From Sphingomonas sp. (GTDB lineage: Bacteria > Pseudomonadota > Alphaproteobacteria > Sphingomonadales > Sphingomonadaceae): a DNA stretch of 40,969 nucleotides. The stretch spans positions 1-40,969 of the forward strand of contig JAPJRE010000001.1 of NCBI GenBank assembly GCA_030824725.1. The letters are read 5' to 3'. The translations under genes and the position numbers were made by a program. Below, piece by piece: positions 35,900 to 40,969 of this stretch. Numbering within the stretch: the first letter of the stretch is position 1; every line of letters starts with the position of its first letter. The notes beneath the pieces are model-generated. The model was not told the DNA's origin. It ran no database searches and saw nothing but the letters and a program-made list of their open reading frames with translations.

Positions 35900-37351
35900 T
35901 CAGCCGTCCGAGGCCTGGGTCGTCCAGCCGAGCCGGGGAATGGTGATCGAGCGCTTGCCCGACAGGTCGACGCGGGTGACGAACAGCCCCTTGCTCTCGA
36001 TATACTGCATCAGCCGCCGCACGCGGCCGAGCGAGCTGGTGCCGTAGCTGGTCGCGATATCGGTATCGCTCGGGCACGGCAGTCCCTCGCGCGCCGCCTT
36101 GGCGACGAGCAGGAACGGCCCGAGCATGTCGTCGGGCAGCGCGCGTGCCGCTTCCAGCGCCTGCGCCCAGTCATCGTCGGGATCGCCGTGAATGCCCGCG
36201 CGCGCCGCCGATAACCGGCGGACGAATCCCGACAGATCCAGCGGTGGCCGGTTCAGCCCCACCATCCGGCAGCGCACCTGGAAATCCTGGTAGAGCACCG
36301 CGGGCGAGCGCAGCGTCGACTGTTCGTCCTCGACGATCGCGCGCAGCACGTCGGCGACGAGCCCGGCGACTTCCTCGGGATCGCGATCGGGTTCGATCTC
36401 CATCGGCGATGGCGCCGAACGGGCAAGCTGCTCGAGCACCGTTTCCGGCTGGGAATAGGCATGCGCGGGCGGTGGGGCCGGCGGCACCCATTCGGGCTCG
36501 GCGGGAGCGAGCAGCAGGTCCTTGATGTCCTCGGTCGGCGCCTGGGGCAGCGGGGTCAGCTTCGGCGACGAGCTGCGCGCGCTCGTTTCCACCGCGCCGA
36601 TGCGGATCGCGACCGGCCGCCGGGTGATCGCCGGGCCGAGGCCCAGGAAATGCCCGCGGGCCAAGTCGCGGATCGCTTCGGCCTGGCGGCGCTCCATGCC
36701 GAGCAGGTCGGCGGCGCGCTGCATGTCGATGTCGAGGAAGGTGCGGCCCATCAGGAAGTTGGAGGCTTCCGCCGCCACGTTCTTGGCGAGCTTGGCCAGC
36801 CGCTGCGTCGCGATCACGCCGGCGAGCCCACGCTTGCGGCCGCGGCACATCAGGTTGGTCATCGCCGACAGCGAGGCGCGGCGGACTTCCTCCGCGACTT
36901 CGCCGCCGCCGGCGGGCGCGAACAGCTGCGCCTCGTCGACGACGACGAGCGCCGGATACCAATGATCGCGCGGCGCATCGAACAGGCCGTTGAGGAAGGT
37001 CGCGGCACAGCGCATCTGCCCTTCCGCCTCCAGGCCTTCGAGGCTGAGCACCACCGAAGCGCGATGCTCGCGAATACGCGCGGCGAAGCGGGCGACGTCG
37101 CGCTCGCTATGGTCGACCGCCTCGATCGCGAGATGGCCGTAGCGATCCGAGAGGGTGACGAAATCGCCTTCGGGATCGATCACCACCTGCTGGACGTGGC
37201 CCGCGGACTGTTCGAGCAGGCGGCGGAGCAGGTGCGACTTGCCGGAGCCCGAATTGCCCTGGACGAGCAATCGGGTTGCAAGCAACTCCTCCAGATCGAC
37301 CGGCACGGGGCTGCCCGTGCCGTCGACGCCCATGTCCACGCTGACGGTCAT
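35900..37351 (-). CDS. HerA/FtsK-superfamily (DUF87-like) ATPase with a C-terminal putative winged helix
   Basis: QGNSGSGKS, VIDPEGDF, VVDEAQLFAP and RGRKRGLAGVIATQR; C-terminal CPSDTDIATSYGTSSLGRVRRLMQYIE. Confidence 0.85.
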   Translation of the reverse strand: MTVSVDMGVDGTGSPVPVDLEELLATRLLVQGNSGSGKSHLLRRLLEQSAGHVQQVVIDPEGDFVTLSDRYGHLAIEAVDHSERDVARFAARIREHRASVVLSLEGLEAEGQMRCAATFLNGLFDAPRDHWYPALVVVDEAQLFAPAGGGEVAEEVRRASLSAMTNLMCRGRKRGLAGVIATQRLAKLAKNVAAEASNFLMGRTFLDIDMQRAADLLGMERRQAEAIRDLARGHFLGLGPAITRRPVAIRIGAVETSARSSSPKLTPLPQAPTEDIKDLLLAPAEPEWVPPAPPPAHAYSQPETVLEQLARSAPSPMEIEPDRDPEEVAGLVADVLRAIVEDEQSTLRSPAVLYQDFQVRCRMVGLNRPPLDLSGFVRRLSAARAGIHGDPDDDWAQALEAARALPDDMLGPFLLVAKAAREGLPCPSDTDIATSYGTSSLGRVRRLMQYIESKGLFVTRVDLSGKRSITIPRLGWTTQASDG

Positions 37352-37426
37352 CCCGGCTGCTTTGCCGGATCATGGGGGGCAGCGGCAAGGGCTGCCGCCA
37401 CGAAAACTGTGGGTCTTCGTTTCGCT

Positions 37427-37939
37427 TCAGGCCGCGTCGGCGGCATTCAGGCGCTGGCGGCGGCGTTCGAGCGCCTGCATCGTCTTCTCGGCGAGGAGCG
37501 TGAGGCGCGCGGTATCCCGCTCGGTGAGCTGTGCGCGCGCGGTTCTGTCGATCACGCAGAGCGTGCCGATCCGCTTGCCGCTGGCGGTACGCAAGGGCGC
37601 GCCGGCATAAAAGCGGATATTGGGGTCGCCGGTGACCAGCGGGTTCTCCGAGAAGCGCGGATCGGCCTTGGCGTCGTTGACCACGAACACGTCCGGACCG
37701 CGGATCGCGTGGGTGCAGAAGGAGATCGAGCGCGGCGTCTCCTGCGGCTCCAGCCCGACGCGCGCCTTGAACCATTGCCGGTTCTCGTCGATCAGCGAAA
37801 TCAGCGCGATCGGAACGCCCAGCGCGGCGGCGGCTTCGCGCACGATCGTATCGAATTCGGCCTCGTTGGGCGTATCGAGCACGCCATAGCCCTTGAGCTC
37901 GGCGAGGCGGGCGGGTTCATCCGAGGGATCAAGCGGCAT
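37427..37939 (-). CDS. Stand-alone GAF domain protein
   Basis: EPARLAEL..YGVLDT..E.EFD, QWFKA, SFCTHAI, NPLVTGDPNIRFYAGAPL and GTLCVID; start at ATG 37939 behind AGGA. Confidence 0.85.
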   Translation of the reverse strand: MPLDPSDEPARLAELKGYGVLDTPNEAEFDTIVREAAAALGVPIALISLIDENRQWFKARVGLEPQETPRSISFCTHAIRGPDVFVVNDAKADPRFSENPLVTGDPNIRFYAGAPLRTASGKRIGTLCVIDRTARAQLTERDTARLTLLAEKTMQALERRRQRLNAADAA

Positions 37940-38048
37940 GCGATGTCTTCCTGCATTTGCGCCCCCCAGCACATTCGGTCTACTACCGAGCCACAAGTTA
38001 ACATTTGCTCGACAGTGCAAGCATGTGCCGGGCAGTCTGATGGCAGCC

Positions 38049-39818
38049 ATGCGTCCCGATCCCATTGAACATCTCCGCCGGGTTTTCGGCTATGACGCCT
38101 TTCGCGGCGTGCAGGGCGCGGTGGTCGACCGCGTCATGGCGGGGCAGCGCACGCTCGCGGTGATGCCCACCGGCGCGGGCAAGTCGCTGACCTATCAGCT
38201 GCCCTCGGTGATGCTGGAGGGGACCTGCGTCGTCGTCAGCCCGCTGATCGCGCTGATGCACGACCAGCTGCGCGCTGCCGAGGCGGTGGGCATCCGTGCC
38301 GCCACCCTTACCTCGGTCGACGACAATCGCGCCGAGACGATCGAGCGTTTCCGCGCCGGCCAGCTCGACCTGCTCTACATCGCGCCGGAGCGTGCCTCCG
38401 GCGAGGGCTTCCGCAACCTGCTGACCCAGGCCCCGCTCAGCCTGTTCGCGATCGACGAGGCGCATTGCGTTTCCGAATGGGGGCATGATTTCCGCCCCGA
38501 TTACCGGCTGCTCCGCCCGTTGCTCGATCGCTTCCCGGAGGTGCCGCGCCTCGCGCTGACCGCGACCGCCGACGCGCATACCCGCGCCGACATCCTCGAA
38601 CAGCTGGGGATTCCCGAAGAAGGGCTGATCGTCGCCGGCTTCGACCGGCCGAACATCCGCTACCATATCGCCCCGCGCGAGAACACGACGCGGCAGATCA
38701 TCGACGTGGTTTCGGAGAATCCCGGTCCCGGCATCGTCTATGCCCAGACCCGCAAGGGCGTGGAGCAGCTCGCCGAGAAGCTGGCGGCCGAGACCGGGCG
38801 GCCGGTGCTCCCCTATCATGCCGGGCTCGATCCCGAGGTGCGCCGCCGCAACCAGGCGCAGTTCGTCGCCAGCGAGGACATGGTGGTGGTCGCCACCGTC
38901 GCGTTCGGCATGGGCATCGACAAGCCCGACGTCCGTTTCGTCGCCCATGCCGGGCTGCCCAAGTCGATCGAGGCCTATTACCAGGAAACCGGCCGCGCCG
39001 GCCGCGACGGCGATCCCTCGGTCGCGCATCTCTTCTGGGGTGCCGACGATTTCGCTCGCGCCCGCCAGCGGATCGGCGAGGTCGAGCCCTCGCGCCAAGC
39101 GGGCGAGCGCACGCGGCTGACGGCACTCGGCGCGCTGGTCGAGACGGCGGGGTGCCGCCGCCGGATCCTGCTCAAGCATTTCGGCGAAGACGCGCCCGAG
39201 ACCTGCGGCAATTGCGACAATTGCCTGAATCCGCCCGCCGCGATCGACGTCAGCGTGACCGCGCAGAAATTCCTCTCGGCGGTATTCCGCACCGGCATGC
39301 TGTACGGCATCGGCTATATCGAGGGCATCCTCACCGGCGTCTCGACCGAGCGCAGCCTGATGAACGGGCACGAGAAGCTGTCGGTGTTCGGCATCGTCGA
39401 TGGGGACGAGGTGGCGATGCTCAAGCCGGTGTCGCGCGCGCTGCTGCTGCGCGATGCGCTGCGCACCAACGAGCATGGCGGGCTGGAGTTCGGCCCCGAG
39501 GCGCGGGCGATCCTGAAGGGCGAGGCGAAGCTGGAGCTGGTCCTGCCGCCCAAGCGCGAGCGGCGGCGCCGCGGGGCGAAGGGTTCGGTGCCCAATCCGG
39601 TCGGCAATCCGCTGTTCGAGGCGCTGCGGGCCAAGCGCCGCGAGATCGCGCAGGAGACGGGCCTTCCGCCCTATGTGATCTTCCATGATTCGGTGCTGCG
39701 CGACATGGCGATGGTGCGGCCGTCGTCGCTGGCGGAGATGGGGCAGCTCTCGGGCGTCGGCGCGCGCAAGCTCGATGCCTATGGGCAGGACTTTCTGAAC
39801 GTCCTTCGCCAGTTCTGA
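38049..39818 (+). CDS. recQ: DNA helicase RecQ
   Basis: MPTGAGKS, DEAHCVSEWGHDFRPDY, ATVAFGMGIDK, QETGRAGRDG, Zn-binding CGNCDNC and HRDC PPYVIFHD. Confidence 0.97.
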   Translation: MRPDPIEHLRRVFGYDAFRGVQGAVVDRVMAGQRTLAVMPTGAGKSLTYQLPSVMLEGTCVVVSPLIALMHDQLRAAEAVGIRAATLTSVDDNRAETIERFRAGQLDLLYIAPERASGEGFRNLLTQAPLSLFAIDEAHCVSEWGHDFRPDYRLLRPLLDRFPEVPRLALTATADAHTRADILEQLGIPEEGLIVAGFDRPNIRYHIAPRENTTRQIIDVVSENPGPGIVYAQTRKGVEQLAEKLAAETGRPVLPYHAGLDPEVRRRNQAQFVASEDMVVVATVAFGMGIDKPDVRFVAHAGLPKSIEAYYQETGRAGRDGDPSVAHLFWGADDFARARQRIGEVEPSRQAGERTRLTALGALVETAGCRRRILLKHFGEDAPETCGNCDNCLNPPAAIDVSVTAQKFLSAVFRTGMLYGIGYIEGILTGVSTERSLMNGHEKLSVFGIVDGDEVAMLKPVSRALLLRDALRTNEHGGLEFGPEARAILKGEAKLELVLPPKRERRRRGAKGSVPNPVGNPLFEALRAKRREIAQETGLPPYVIFHDSVLRDMAMVRPSSLAEMGQLSGVGARKLDAYGQDFLNVLRQF

Positions 39819-39882
39819 TCGGCTTTCTTGGGAGGACGCCCCGCGCTACAGCCTCGCGCTGGAATCAGAAGGAGGACCTGCC

Positions 39883-40308
39883 ATGCCGAACAAGATCGAC
39901 GACAGCATCTCGGTGGCCCCGCAGATCCGGCCGGAGGACGTGCCGGCGCTTGCCGCCGCCGGGTTCGTGCACATCATCAACAACCGCCCCGAAGGCGAGG
40001 AATTCGGCCAGCCAACCGGCGCGCAGATTGCCGAGGCCGCCGAGGCGGCAGGGCTCGGCTATACCGAGATTCCGGTGACCCCGGGCGGCTTCTCGATGGC
40101 GCAGGTCGAGGCGATGGCCGAGGCGCTGGGCTCGGTGGACGGGCCGGTGCTGGCCTATTGCCGCTCCGGCACCCGCTCCTGCAACCTCTGGGCGCTCGCC
40201 ACCGCCTACAAGGGCGGCGCGCCCGACGCGCTGGTCGCGAAGGGCGCAGGCGCGGGCTACGACCTGTCCGGCCTCCGCCCGGCGCTGGAGCAGCTGGCGG
40301 CGCGCTGA
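39883..40308 (+). CDS. TIGR01244/DUF442 family sulfur transferase
   Basis: AGGAGG SD; IINNRPEGE..GQP and PVLAYCRSGTRS. Confidence 0.9.
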   Translation: MPNKIDDSISVAPQIRPEDVPALAAAGFVHIINNRPEGEEFGQPTGAQIAEAAEAAGLGYTEIPVTPGGFSMAQVEAMAEALGSVDGPVLAYCRSGTRSCNLWALATAYKGGAPDALVAKGAGAGYDLSGLRPALEQLAAR

Positions 40309-40315
40309 GCCTTTA

Positions 40316-40430
40316 TCCCTCCTCCCGTTTGCGGGAGGGGATGGGGGAGGGTGCGACGTGGAGGTTCTTTCTGGAACGCCGGCGCTCGCTACCCTTACAC
40401 TCCCTCCCAGCATCAGGTGAACGGGAGGGT
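40316..40430. repeat. Degenerate bipartite intergenic palindromic repeat (REP/MITE-like)
   Basis: CCTCCCGTTTGCGGGAGG-GGATGGGGGAGGG ... CCCTCCC-N15-GGGAGGG. Confidence 0.6.
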
Positions 40431-40465
40431 ACGCCTGCTTCACGCGCGGCGCTTCCCCCACGCAC

Positions 40466-40497
40466 AAAAAATGGGCCGGTGGTTGCCCACCAGCCCA
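40466..40497 (-). terminator. Intrinsic terminator of amtB
   Basis: Minus strand TGGGCTGGTGG-GCAA-CCACCGGCCCA-TTTTTT, with a GNRA loop and a U-G wobble that pairs only on this strand. Confidence 0.88.
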
Positions 40498-40563
40498 GTT
40501 GTCCGCAGGAGGAACCTCGGTGGGGCGCTGCGGCAGGAGAGGATCCCGCAGCGCCCGAACTTG
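40466..40563 (-). ncRNA. Candidate 3'-UTR-derived sRNA of amtB with anti-SD loops
   Basis: 11-bp stem with loop GAUCCUCUCCUG, a second motif GUUCCUCCUGCGGAC, then the terminator. Confidence 0.5.
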
Positions 40564-40969
40564 TCAGTAGTTGTAGGCGCGCTCGCCATGCTCGTTGATG
40601 TCGAGCCCTTCGACTTCGACTTCCTTCGAGGGGCGGATGCCCATGGTGAGCTTCAGGCCGTAAAAGAGGATCGCCGAGACCGCGCCCGACCAGACGAGCG
40701 TGATGCCGACGGCCTTCGCCTGCACCAGCAGCTGGGTGGCGATGCTGTAGCTGGACGCGGCGACTGCCGGGAACTGGGTGTAGTCGATCACGCCCTGGCC
40801 GCCGAGCGCGGGGTCCGCAACGATCGCGGTGCCGAGCGCGCCGATGATGCCGCCGACGCAGTGGACGCCGAACACGTCGAGCGAGTCGTCATACTTGAGC
40901 GCCGGCTTGAGCGAAATCACCGCCCACACGCACACCACGCCGGCCACCGCGCCGAGCACGATCGAGCCG
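40564..40969 (-). CDS. amtB: Ammonium transporter, 3' part (5' end outside the window)
   Basis: YDDSLDVFGVHCVGGIIG and C-terminal EVEGLDINEHGERAY. Confidence 0.95.
   Translation of the reverse strand, partial: GSIVLGAVAGVVCVWAVISLKPALKYDDSLDVFGVHCVGGIIGALGTAIVADPALGGQGVIDYTQFPAVAASSYSIATQLLVQAKAVGITLVWSGAVSAILFYGLKLTMGIRPSKEVEVEGLDINEHGERAYNY

Noticed and set aside
37996..38012. GTTAAC upstream of recQ/GAF (also at 3577-3582) as a CtrA site
   Set aside because: Half-site only; no second TTAA at N7 spacing
1..40969. CRISPR arrays, tRNA/rRNA genes, transposases, integrases, prophage
   Set aside because: No regularly spaced direct repeats, cloverleaf signatures or mobile-element proteins were seen; gene content is core origin-proximal chromosome

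Overview
High-GC alphaproteobacterial core chromosome, inferred to be Sphingomonas or another Sphingomonadaceae from gene order and protein style. The window spans the replication origin, which lies between hemE and the DUF299 kinase/pyrophosphorylase gene (about 18820-19125) and carries DnaA-box-like 9-mers and 13 GANTC sites. Leftward of the origin are hemE-hemJ, rho, a TerC-family gene, mnmE-mnmG-rsmG-parA-parB with four parS sites, an inverted-domain (NewPHL-type) photolyase, upp and a paoABC-like molybdoenzyme operon. Rightward are ppsR-maf-aroE-coaE-dnaQ-hpf-ptsN, a cell wall hydrolase, a LexA-boxed mmcB, SCO, YcgN, M48 peptidase, PBP1A, msrB, crtZ, LysR, a CDC48-like double AAA ATPase, PAP2, a HerA-like ATPase, a lone GAF protein, recQ, TIGR01244 and amtB (partial). 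No transposase, prophage, CRISPR, rRNA or tRNA was seen. The most notable signals are non-coding: (1) a ~105-nt three-way-junction RNA leader before the cell wall hydrolase; (2) a LysR gene divergent from a SuhB/MmgR-like sRNA with paired LysR boxes; (3) an anti-Shine-Dalgarno hairpin module in the amtB 3' UTR sharing a 10-mer with that sRNA; (4) hemE lacking a canonical start codon at the edge of oriC. All calls come from reading the sequence; no database searches were run.
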